From NCBI RefSeq assembly GCF_963853765.1, contig NC_088859.1:37820001-37884000 (forward strand): a DNA stretch of 64,000 bases, given 5' to 3'. A program made the position numbers and the translations under genes. Shown here piece by piece: positions 46,649 to 57,427 of the stretch (within the stretch, counting starts at the first letter, position 1; every line of letters begins with the position of its first letter). The DNA is from Magallana gigas (Eukaryota). The notes below the pieces were generated by a model that made no database searches, had not been told where the DNA came from, and saw nothing but the letters and a program-made list of their open reading frames with translations.

Positions 46649-48688
46649 CACTGTAATTTAAAAAAATATATATACATTTTTTTTTACTGAATGTAATCTG
46701 ATAAATGAATTATGTTAAAAATATTCTACTGTAGAAGTTATGCATACCACACAATTTATGTGTTAATCTGACTTATGTTTCCTGTTTACACACAAAGATT
46801 TGTTGGGAGATTTTTTTATAACACTGCATATTTGTTCTGCCTGCTCAGCGTTGTCATGTACACACGTAGTGACTGGAGTAGACAGACTGATATTATCTCT
46901 CAGGTCCTGGGGTTCATGGCCCTCAAATGTCCAGACGATTAAAGGATCGAATAACATGTAGCTATATACATGTACATGTGCGGCGAACTGAACTTTCAAT
47001 TAAGATAATTAGTTAACATTCCAGCCATCAAACCAAAGCTAATGTAATAAGTGGTGTATATATCTATGAGCCTTTTATATATGATTTTTAATTACCACTA
47101 CACGAACAGATATCTGAATTATCGCTTAAACCAAAAAAAAAACAACAACAAAAAAACAACGTGTGTTTAAATGCCGGACACTAAGCACGTATATCCCACA
47201 CACACACACACGGAAGACCTTGAGCATCCATGTCGAGTATTGATTGGCGTCCGCTCCAAGGTCAGGCTGAATGAAAGTACATGTACCTGTGTAATTGCAT
47301 ATTTATAACAAAAACACATGCAAAAAATACTACAATATTTATATAAGTTGGATTTTCCCCCTGAACTATGTCACACCCAAAACTGCGTCGTTTAAATACT
47401 CGAACACCCTATATTTAGATAACCTGCCTGTTACGCAAGCAGAACCATGTACTGAGATTCGATGCAAGTATAATATTTAAGGTACCTGATTTCAGCAATA
47501 CACTCTCGGACTCAGTGGTAAAGGAATTTCTTTTGAGGACAAGTCTATAGCAGCCGGAGCACAGCACAAACAGAACCGGCGCTAGGTAATAAATCTCGAC
47601 ATCAATGGATCATCTGCTTTGCAAATAGAGTTACCGCTCTTTGTTATTTTGTCCTAAAATCTGCGACGGCAGACGTAATATTTCCGTCAAGTTGACTTGA
47701 CGAAAGTGATGTTGGGATTGCTGCGACGGGAGGAATAATATTCATGATATAATGTCAAATCTTTATTATTTGCTTAGACTTTGTTTTTATGTACTTAAAC
47801 TTCATTCATATAAACTAATATGAATGAAAAGTAGTTTTGTAAAATATACATTTATCTTTACATTAAGACAAAATTTTGGCATCAATATCATATCAGCCAA
47901 AAAAGTATTCATTTTCATTTAATGGTACCAAGTGATTTTTTTCTGATAAAACACAGATATCGATAAATAAACTGAGAAAAAAGCAATCAATAGAGAGAAA
48001 TGCATGCGCCTGTAAATCTACTACAAATCTTTGTGTAAAAAATTCCTTTTTCAGCATGCACTAATTTACTCACCCCGTCGGAAATCGAGGACCAGTTTTG
48101 AATCGTCGAAAACCCACGGTCAGTCTTGTATGCTTATTGATGGTCAGTTAGCGTATGCGAGACTGGCCAAATTTTAATTTAGGAAAAAAACATAGTTACA
48201 AGACTTTAATATAGTTAAACAATTAGAAGTTGCAAACCAGTTTTATTTACAAATGATAGGCAATTGTTGAAATGGTTATTATTAATTGAAGCTTAATCAA
48301 TGAACACCGATTTTAATTTATCTAATTATACTTACTTGGGCCCAAATCTGACTCTGAAAATTCAAAAGCATGCAGGCACATTTAATCTTCTTCGTATCAG
48401 AACTAGTTACTGATAACCTGTCATGATAATGTTTGACTAATACATGAAGCCTAATAGTAAATGTCCTCTTTTATTATGAAATAAAATTATAGTTGTTTGA
48501 AAATAATTTTACATTTATTTAAATAGAAATACAAGTACATATCTAACTGCACAACAAAATCGACGTGGTAATAAAAGACTAGATAAATGATCATGTTAAA
48601 CTTAAAAGCCTCAGTAATAAGCATTTTCATAAGCAATGTCGTTATGGCTCTAACATACAAATACTGATTTGCATGCTTTGTAGTCTAC

Positions 48689-49903
48689 TTAAACATCAAA
48701 TAGCTGCTGTACGCTCTTAAATCCGAATCTCTGTGGTGCCCTGGTCTTTGACACGTCCTTTCCCGAGAGCTGCGAGCCCATCATGTATTCTTGTTGAAGC
48801 TTGCCTTGAGCCCACGTTATGATCTCGTCCATCACAGGAGTCGCTACCCCAGCCAGTTCCCCGATTCCCTTCATTACGACTAAACCGAACGGTACGTCTT
48901 CTGCCGTGTATCTGTAGCTAAAGTCTGGCACAAACTGGCCATTTTCCACTTCCTTCATTGGATGAAGTAAGCCGTCGTATGCCTTGTTTGTCTGCATGGC
49001 CGTCATCAAATTTGTCTTGTCTGTAATCTGGTCCGCGTAGTAGGCGAGGTACCAGTCAAATATATGGATGACCTCTGACATGTCTATTCCCGGAATCTGC
49101 TTCTCTATTGCTTTCCCGATGGCAATGCATTCGTCGCTTACCCCAGACAATAACTTTGCCTGCTTTTCGTCGACTCCTTGATAAAACAATGGTTTTTCTT
49201 TGAGCGGAGTTCCATCATATGACGACCATTTCCCGTACATTAGCGGCGGGTGAATGATAGACTTGGCCATCAGATTCACGGCGATGTAGTTCTGGATCTC
49301 CCTCAGGACGGGTTTTGGCCCCAAGACTTTCTGAACGGTATCAAAAGGAGACCCTTTAACATTTGATTGACTTCCTTGTAGTTTTGAAACTCCTAGAGTT
49401 TCTTTAAAGCCCAGAATTTGAACCAGACGACCAAATTCCAAAATTCTGCATGCCCAAGGTAGAGATTCAGCAGACATGACGATGCAAGTTTTTGCTTTTT
49501 CTCCAAGCATGTACAGGCATTGAAACTCAAACCCAGCCTGGCCCGGGAGACCAACTATTAACGTGTTGTCCCCGACAAAAGGCGAGATCTCTCTGAAGTA
49601 CTGTTCATGTGCAAACGCTGGGACTACTAGGAATATGACGTCAGCACCCGACGCGGCTTCTTTGGGATCCTTAGTTACCAATGTTGGTTTGGATTTAATT
49701 TCTCTAGAGGAGCCATCACTGTTGACCATAGTTACGATTAAATCATTGTCCTGGAGTATTTTGGACCAGCGTTCTGCTTCGTCAGCGAACAAAGTTAAAA
49801 CACGTGTTTCAACATCCGGGTTACTGGCCGATAATCCCGCCAAACAATGAGCTCCGTTTCCTCCTCCGCAAACTAAAACTTTCAGTTTGTTTTCTGTTCC
49901 CAT
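48689..49903 (-). CDS. Opine dehydrogenase ODH-4, 404 aa, most divergent member (likely the ancestral-type copy), intronless CDS
   Basis: KVLVCGGGNGAH, RVLTLFADEAERW, AESLPWACR, MAKSIIHPP, YRYTAEDVPFG. Acceptor ttttcctctag| lies 18 nt upstream of the ATG (exon starts at 49921). Confidence 0.95.
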   Translation of the reverse strand: MGTENKLKVLVCGGGNGAHCLAGLSASNPDVETRVLTLFADEAERWSKILQDNDLIVTMVNSDGSSREIKSKPTLVTKDPKEAASGADVIFLVVPAFAHEQYFREISPFVGDNTLIVGLPGQAGFEFQCLYMLGEKAKTCIVMSAESLPWACRILEFGRLVQILGFKETLGVSKLQGSQSNVKGSPFDTVQKVLGPKPVLREIQNYIAVNLMAKSIIHPPLMYGKWSSYDGTPLKEKPLFYQGVDEKQAKLLSGVSDECIAIGKAIEKQIPGIDMSEVIHIFDWYLAYYADQITDKTNLMTAMQTNKAYDGLLHPMKEVENGQFVPDFSYRYTAEDVPFGLVVMKGIGELAGVATPVMDEIITWAQGKLQQEYMMGSQLSGKDVSKTRAPQRFGFKSVQQLFDV

Positions 49904-49953
49904 TTTTGTTGTTCACTGCACCTAGAGGAAAATTTAAGAACTTATGCAATGGG

Positions 49954-50786
49954 TATGGTGGCATATCTCTGCCCCTTGTGTGCTAGTTATTTTTCTATTA
50001 ATTATGTCGACATGCAAGATAAAGATGTTGACATGCAAGATAGTTATGTCAACATGCAACATAACTATGTTGACATGCTAGAAAACTGCAATCAAATAAA
50101 AGTTATAAAAATTTCGAATATCGCCAACATGTGACATCCAAGATGCTAGATATGCTACCTATTGATGTTAACATGCAACTTATTTATGTTAACATACAAC
50201 TTCTTTATGTCGACATGCAACTTATTTATGTCGACATGCAACTTAGTTATGTAAACATGCAAGAAAAATATGTTGACATGCAACATATTTATGTCGACAT
50301 GCAACTTAGTTATGTTGACATATAACTTATAAGTTGCATGTCAACATATTTATCTTGCAGGTAAACATAACTAAGTTGCATGTCAACATACTTATCTTGC
50401 ATGTCAACATAAGTAAGTTGCATGTTGGCATAAATAAGTTGCATGTCGACATAAATAAGTTGCATGTCGACATAAATAAGTTGCATGTCGACATAAATAA
50501 GTTGCATGTTGACATAAATAAGTTGCATGTCAGCATATTTATCTAGCATGTTAACATAAATAAGTTCCATGTCGACATAAAAAGGTACCATCTAGCCTCT
50601 AGGCTGTTACAGGTGGGCGATATTTGAGATTTTGTATAATTCTTATCTGATTGCAATTTTCTTGCATGTCAACAGTTATTTTGCATGTTGACATAATTAT
50701 GTTGCATGTCAACATATTTATCTTGGATGTCGACATATTTGATAGGAAAATAACTTGCACACATGGGGCAGAGATATGCCACCATA
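49954..50786. mobile_element. 833-bp fold-back non-autonomous DNA transposon with internal 21-bp tandem repeats and 6-bp TSD (IS3EU-like termini)
   Basis: TIRs TATGGTGGCATATCTCTGCCCC(T/A)TGTGTGC(T/A)AGTTATTTT. TSD AATGGG at 49948-49953 and 50787-50792. Arrays of ATGCAACTTATTTATGTCGAC lie in opposite orientation either side of ~50325. TAT...ATA termini with a 6-bp TSD match the IS3EU description as recalled. Confidence 0.85.
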
Positions 50787-51774
50787 AATGGGGGACTAAA
50801 TTAAAAGCAAATCAAGAATGATATAATATATTTATTTATTACCTTTGCAAAAAGTTTGAAAATAATATGCGAATGTTCTATACACAGAGTACAGTCATGT
50901 TTTCTATTTAAGTACTAGGATTAACTTTCGGACAGAAAGATTCGTAGATTTTCTTAAAAAATGTAAATAATGATAATAATGAACTATCACAATTCACTGT
51001 TTGTTTATCCAGTTTTTTTATTTTAGTATTTTTCTAATCATTTGCAGGGAAGAAGGGGGTAGTTATGACAGATGAGGGAACTTTAATTAAGTTTGACGGC
51101 ACAGAGGTGGAACCAACAGCACATTATCATTAATTCCAATGTAATAAATTTAAAGAAATTGCTGTAAACATACATGTAGCAAAAGTCAAAGGGCGAACTA
51201 AGAAAAAATCAATATAAAATCAACATCAGGACTTGAATCCCAAGAAACAAGAATTTGTTTAACAAAAGATAATTATGTAATAACAAAGCCAAGCAGGTCT
51301 ACATGTGACTGAGAATTTGTATCTTTAAAAAGATGTCTGGCTGAAGGAAAACCTCAAGAAATTGAGAAATCAATAACAATTTTTAACTTAAAGTACTCTT
51401 AATTTAGTTTCACTATTTTAACCAGTTTAACATTTAAAATTTGTCGGAGTCGAATGAAAACGGCCCGCACCACTTTCTGTTCACAATTCAAGCAATTGGC
51501 GCTACGAAGTCCTTCTTGTCAAAGTGCGAGTCTGTCGCAAGAACTAATCCTATTATCTACCGATTCAATGCAGAAATCATGATCAATTTCATAATTCAAG
51601 TTCATCTTTTGAATGTATGATTTACTAACAGCAACAGATGGTATTTATATTAATCTGAAAGACAATTCCTCGACAAATGATTCCATGTAATACACAGCTC
51701 ATGGATATCTATATATGTTAGTCAGACGAATGTGTAAGTGGTCAAAATATCTGTTGTTTTTGTAATTATTTCTT

Positions 51775-51777
<3 letters not shown>

Positions 51778-51849
<72 letters not shown>
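51778..51849. repeat. Microsatellite (GA)36
   Basis: Directly visible. Confidence 0.95.
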
Positions 51850-51852
<3 letters not shown>

Positions 51853-53332
51853 ATTATTTTCATGCCCTTGTACTTTCAGTAGGACGTAACTATCTATTCT
51901 GTTGGATAGTGGAGTTCTTTATTATTTGTTCCTAAGGACAAAAATGATTAAAATTAGTAATCTTAAGTGTATTTTTGTGTATTACATAGTCACTGAAAAC
52001 CCCTGTTTCAGTCATGTTTTAAAGGTTAAAAGGATAGAAGGGACAGCGAAGGTCTTCAAGCTGGGCGGAGGAGGGGGGAAGCTAAATTACTAATTTTGTT
52101 AATAACAATTGATTAAAACTTGGTAATATCATAAATTACGGTTGCCAAAGGGTGGGGTATAATCGCACACAGAATTACATGAGTGACTATATCAGCGAAG
52201 TTCATCATGAGCTACGTGTTCATTGTATGTACACCGCGCGTCTAGTACTGTACAGTACTAGCACAGAGCACTGAAATGAATAGCTGGCATTATCTCAGAC
52301 GGCGGGAGATGCAGGTACACATAAAATACATGACCATGTACATGCGAAGTGTGGATACAGTACTCATTGCTGTACAAATACTGGTTCCTCGTCGACGAAA
52401 AACAGATTTATGGGTATAAAACGGTGATAGAGGCAAGCTGGTTTTGTCCAACCTTTCAATTTTATTTCCCTTGATTGGAAATTTTAAGAGATCGATGGAC
52501 CAAATATATTGGGGCTTTACACTACTAATACTCTGACATTTTGAAAATCTAACATTGACAAATACCTTTCCTTCTAATTTCAAATTTTAAATTACGCATA
52601 ACATTTAAAGAGAGAAAACCGATTAAATTTCGATGCAGATAAATAGTTCATTTTAGACAGGTTTCGTGATATTGATCAATCTCTTTTTTACCACATACAT
52701 CGCAATTTTTCCTATATTTCGTGAACTATTCCTAGTACATAGGGTACAAAACAATAGAACCAATACAGACTGTTATTCGTCTGTTGCTTGACTTTTTTCT
52801 TTATTAGAAATAAATGAAAAAAGAAATGAAAATGAATTTTATTTTTTATGTACTAGTAGCCTGCAAACTATTCTTTATTCACACGACATTTTTGCAAGAT
52901 CATATTCGACAGTATTTTTTTACGCCAAATATTTTCTTTAAGATTAAAACAAATTAATAGGTTAAAATCAAAACAGTTTGAAAAATCATATCGAATACAA
53001 ATTTTGAATTTGAATTGACTGAATATCTAAATTTTTACAACTTATATTCTGGAATAAATTACGTATTATATTATTATATCTAACTAAAGTCATTTTTCTC
53101 TATATTTTCTGATATTTAAAAAAAAATCGATCAAACTTGAATAGAAAGCACTCGGACAAACACAACATAAAGCTTATGTAATAAATGAAAAAGTTTTATT
53201 TAAAACGGAGAGGGAAACAAATGTTTGATAGATCTTGCACGCTTGAAAATTTCCAAACTATTAATTAAAAGAAATGCAAGTTACAAATGAAATGAAATGC
53301 ATGTGAAAGTGACGATGAATACATGTTCTTAC

Positions 53333-53529
53333 CTTGCAGATAAAAGTTGCAGGACCTCTGAGCAGATACGATTCTGATTTGCCGTATCAGCTGACACAGA
53401 CGATGATTTTGGCAGAAGATGGCGCTTGTGCCGCGTCCAATTAATTGTCCTGGCTGTATTGGCAGCATTGTACCTTGGTGAAGGTCAAGGCGTGAACCCC
53501 ACAGATTGACATTACTAAGACAACTTACC
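53333..53529 (-). other. Candidate upstream exon region of the ODH array with two strong donors; the longer form carries a 45-codon Arg-rich, acid-free leader
   Basis: Donors gaagg|gtaagt (exon end 53529) and gcaag|gtaaga (exon end 53333). ATG 53468 reads MLPIQPGQLIGRGTSAIFCQNHRLCQLIRQIRIVSAQRSCNFYLQ and ends in phase 1. Confidence 0.35.
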
Positions 53530-56500
53530 CTTCGTAATACACCAATGATTACGAAACCTTTCAGTTCTGCGGAGAGCTTCTGGGAATGGCAAATTGTTTG
53601 ATTCAAGTTCAGTGTTGTTTTTCATTTTTGGACACTTGTTTGTCGTCTACGATTCACTGGGTAATATCATATCTCAATTCATCTAACAAGTGTACAAATT
53701 GTATTTTATTTTAGATATTCAATAAATACCAATTTTTCGAGTGATCATTGATGGAGAGATTTCGGTTTTAAATCTTATTGAGTATATTTTACTGATGGAG
53801 AAATGAGATAATATCTAGATAAAGAAAAAAAACTAAAACAATATATTATATCTTGTATTGATTAATATAAAATTCAATCAGTACACTAATTTTTTTCATC
53901 GTTAGAATGGATGAACTTAAGTATAAAATGCCTAGTCTATCTAGTTGCAGTACTGAAATCAGAATTGAAAAAATGGATTAAGTTTTATAATATTATTCCA
54001 TCTACTACATGCAGTTCGATATTTTTTCTGTGGTCATTATCATTTTATTGGCATGACTGGAATTCAATATTATTGTGCTCTTTGCATATTGTTTGTGTAT
54101 ATACATGCTTTTATAGCATGTCATCTGTGCTTCAGTGTGAATTCAAGGTGAAAGAAATGATCAATTTACAACATTTGGTAATTTTTCAGGTGCATCAAAT
54201 CGATAACCATCTAAAATCTATACCGTAGCCTTATATTTCTTAATTACATAATCCGTTACATCATCCATGTGCTGACCAGGGCAGTGTTGGTAGTGAGATA
54301 TATGGAGCATGTGTTTGTGATACTCGGGGAAGTAATAACTGTCTATTTACTTATAAACAGAATGAAAAGGTATGGTGGTTTCCATCATTATCCGAGCTGA
54401 TGAGAATATTTCCTTGTACTATAACAAGTATTCTTGTTGCTACGAGTATCGTGTTCCTCAAATAAATGTACTTAAATCAAAGTATTGAAACTACGTAAGG
54501 GGGTGTCTGGCCAACCTGTACATTTGAAGATTAAAATGTTTCTTGAAGTGGCTTGTTTCTGTCCCACAATGACCAAAACTGTTGTCAAAAGAAAAAAAAT
54601 CAATCATTATGAAGTTTTACATTTGTTTTGTATGCAAATTACGCACACAACAACAAAACAATTCCTTTTTAACACTAAGAACTACGCAGGTACATGTACG
54701 AACTTAAATTGAAAATTTAAAATTCTAAATAAATGTAAAAGGGGGTCATTGATATCCACTCTAAAACCATTTGTTGAGAAAATGGTCAAGACTTGCCCAT
54801 TCCATTCATGTTGTAGCTAACTAGCTTTGTCTCAAAATAGGGTACCTTGTTCTTAAAATGGGTCCCACAAAACTATCAATCGGTTCGAGATATAATTGTC
54901 TGCGTCTATGGAGGTACATTGCAGTTATATTTTTCATTGAAAAATATGATAATGTATATATATTTTTAAGGCAATTCGAATTCCCTACCCCAATTCTGAA
55001 AAGAATTTACTGTAATTTATACATATAGAACTGGAAAAAAACCCAATATCGCACTAAAGTTCTACAGCTGTTCTAAGTGATTAAAAGGCATTTTCCTGCA
55101 CTTGTGTGCACCTTTTACATATATATATTGCATTTTTATCTTTTGACAACAGTTTTGATCCGTTTTTGGTATAAATAAGTCAGTTCAAGAAATCTTTACA
55201 TTATGATCCACATGTACATATACAAGATGGCCGAACACCCACTTTGAATAAAATCTTTTTTGTGCAATTCATTACTGTAAAGCCGCTATGCATGTATATG
55301 TACAATTATTGCTGTTTCATTAGTTATTGTTACAAATATTAAATTAATCTCAAGGACAGGGATTTACAAAGGTAACATCTAGAATAAGGAATTAGTGTAC
55401 TGTACCGAGCTAGTAAAGCGGTTAGGACCTCTGTTTACTGAGTAAATGTTATATAGCAATGACAACCAGCCCTCTATTCTCCTTTCAAACTCTGAACACC
55501 CACATTTAGCAACAATTGTCAATATTTTCTGTTACCAGCTGACACATAATTTATACTGTTGTCACTGTGTAGAAACAGACTAGGGTAACGCATTTTACCC
55601 TAGCCCAAGATGGCGAAAGGGAAGCACGCTTCGATTATCTTACAATAAATTTACGCAATTATCGGGGAAATATGGCGAAATAAATGAAATAATTTACACG
55701 ATTCCAAGTGTATGAAAACTTTTGTCGATCCAGAACAAATTTGTTTCCTTCACTTGTATATTTAGACCGCAAAAACAGCACCCCTCTAAGCTAACCTAAT
55801 TTGTTTAGCAATTTATATCTGCAATATATAAGAAAAGTTATTAGTAAGTGATACAAACTTCAAAAGAATTTGGGATAATATAATAGTATATTTATAGTGA
55901 ACGTGTATATTTTGTTAGAAAACCCAAAAACATGTTCTTTTGGATATTTTGCGACCCCCCCATCCCCCCTCAAAAGACCCCCCCCCCCAAAAAAAAAACA
56001 CCAAAATACCAAACACAAAAAAAAAAACAATCCTTGATAAGTACGCATGCGTATTGGTAAAAAAAAAAAAGATAATGAAAAATCCGCTTACTACGGATCC
56101 GAATGTGTGGTTGAGTGCATTTTCTAGACATTATTTGCATAAAGAATTTTGAAGCATTGTTAACGTCGATTTCAACACATGAGCTGTTTAATCTTATTAG
56201 TTATAGCTATTATTAAAACGTCTCTATCTTCTTCGTGGTTTGTGGGAGTTTAGAAACTTTTTTTATTACTATCGCTTCACCTGCTAATTAATCAAATAAT
56301 AAAAAAGGCTCGATCATAACTATTTGCCCCATCTATACAGGATCTAATATTTCATGCGTAACATCAATATGATATTGATTAATACTGAAATTTCACAGCA
56401 AGTGTCCTTCAATCTATTAATATTTCAGTGCAAGAAGATCTTTTAGCAATAGAGAGCGATTTTAAGGTGACTATAGAGTTTTGTTAGGATATTTCCCTGA

Positions 56501-56857
56501 TGTTTCGTTGTACGGTGTTATGCCTGTGAACACCATCACAGGTACACACAGGTAACTCTGTATTGTTAATTCACCTTCATATCCTGTTGATGCATTTTTC
56601 AAAATTTAAATCTCACACATTGTAATGGCATTAAATCATGCGGAAACTTTTAACGAATGTAAAGAAGCCTCCTCCACAGATTTTCACCTGACAACACCCA
56701 CTCAGGTGTGTTTGTAAATGCATTTCTGCACTGCGTAACCGGTCATATATACGGTTTACGTACATCTCCTATGTTTATGTAATGGGACATTCCAACAAAG
56801 TTGTTTGACAAACTTTTGTAATGTCAAATATCATTTACGAACTCCGTCAGACTACAA

Positions 56858-57427
56858 ATGGCTGGACTTAACGTCACACTGAATGCGACTACCAACGTTA
56901 GTTGTGTCAACGGTACCGAGACCAGGGAGGGTGTGGTTCCCCCTTACGATGCGGAGGGAGCCCTCAAGTTTACGGTGGCCGTAGTTGTGGTGTATGGGGT
57001 GGCAGTGATGGGGGTGTTTGTCATGGGGTACTTCGGCAGGATACGACGGTACAACGCCGAGCTTGACCAACAGGCCAACAATTTTCTCAGAAATCTGGAG
57101 CAAGCTAGGAATAGGATTGAAAAGGAGAAACAGGTCGGAAACGTGAGGAGTTTTATTCGGTCCTACAGACGGAGCGCGAGTACGGACGGCCCGCCGGATG
57201 TACGGACTACTGTGAGGACCTCGTTATTTATAGAGAGTGAACCGACCAGCGAGTCTTCTCTCGTGTCGAACTCTTCTAGATTATACATTCACTCGCCGGA
57301 AGAATTAACGCCTTTAAAGGAGGGACCGGAAGAGGAAGAGGATGACAATGTGTTCATGACAGAGGAAGAGAGACAGCGGTTCGGTGTTGATATGTACATG
57401 AACGTCAGGGAATCCGACATATGTTGA
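56858..57427 (+). CDS. Single-exon, single-pass type III membrane protein (189 aa) with KCNE/MinK-like topology; uncharacterised
   Basis: GC-richer, coding-like ORF preceded by acceptor ccgtcag|actacaaATG. Four N-glycosylation sequons in residues 5-20 and no signal peptide. TM FTVAVVVVYGVAVMGVFVMGYF, then basic RIRR, a short coiled-coil-like segment and an S/E-rich tail. Confidence 0.8.
   Translation: MAGLNVTLNATTNVSCVNGTETREGVVPPYDAEGALKFTVAVVVVYGVAVMGVFVMGYFGRIRRYNAELDQQANNFLRNLEQARNRIEKEKQVGNVRSFIRSYRRSASTDGPPDVRTTVRTSLFIESEPTSESSLVSNSSRLYIHSPEELTPLKEGPEEEEDDNVFMTEEERQRFGVDMYMNVRESDIC

Noticed and set aside
38351-49903. Bacterial contamination or an operon (intronless enzymes with bacterial relatives)
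   Set aside because: The genes are contiguous with intron-containing animal genes and animal TEs, have splice acceptors before their ATGs, mixed orientation and kb-scale AT-rich spacers.
38702-49986. Short antisense ORFs inside the ODH genes (e.g. 38702-39019, 46101-46394, 49563-49850)
   Set aside because: Shadows of the ODH CDSs; their mutual similarity follows from the paralogy on the coding strand.
49949-50591. Several ORFs with repeating MQLIYVD / LHVDINK / MSTCNLF peptides
   Set aside because: These are translations of the 21-bp tandem repeats of the fold-back element, open in many frames on both strands.
49954-50786. CRISPR-like appearance of regularly spaced short palindromic repeats
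   Set aside because: Units are head-to-tail with no unique spacers, bounded by TIRs and a TSD, in a eukaryotic context with no cas genes.
55220-55685. YY1-like (C)AAGATGGC motifs at ~55223 and ~55606 as the promoter of the 56858 gene
   Set aside because: Short motifs that also occur in transposon ends, with no convincing first exon or donor linked to them.
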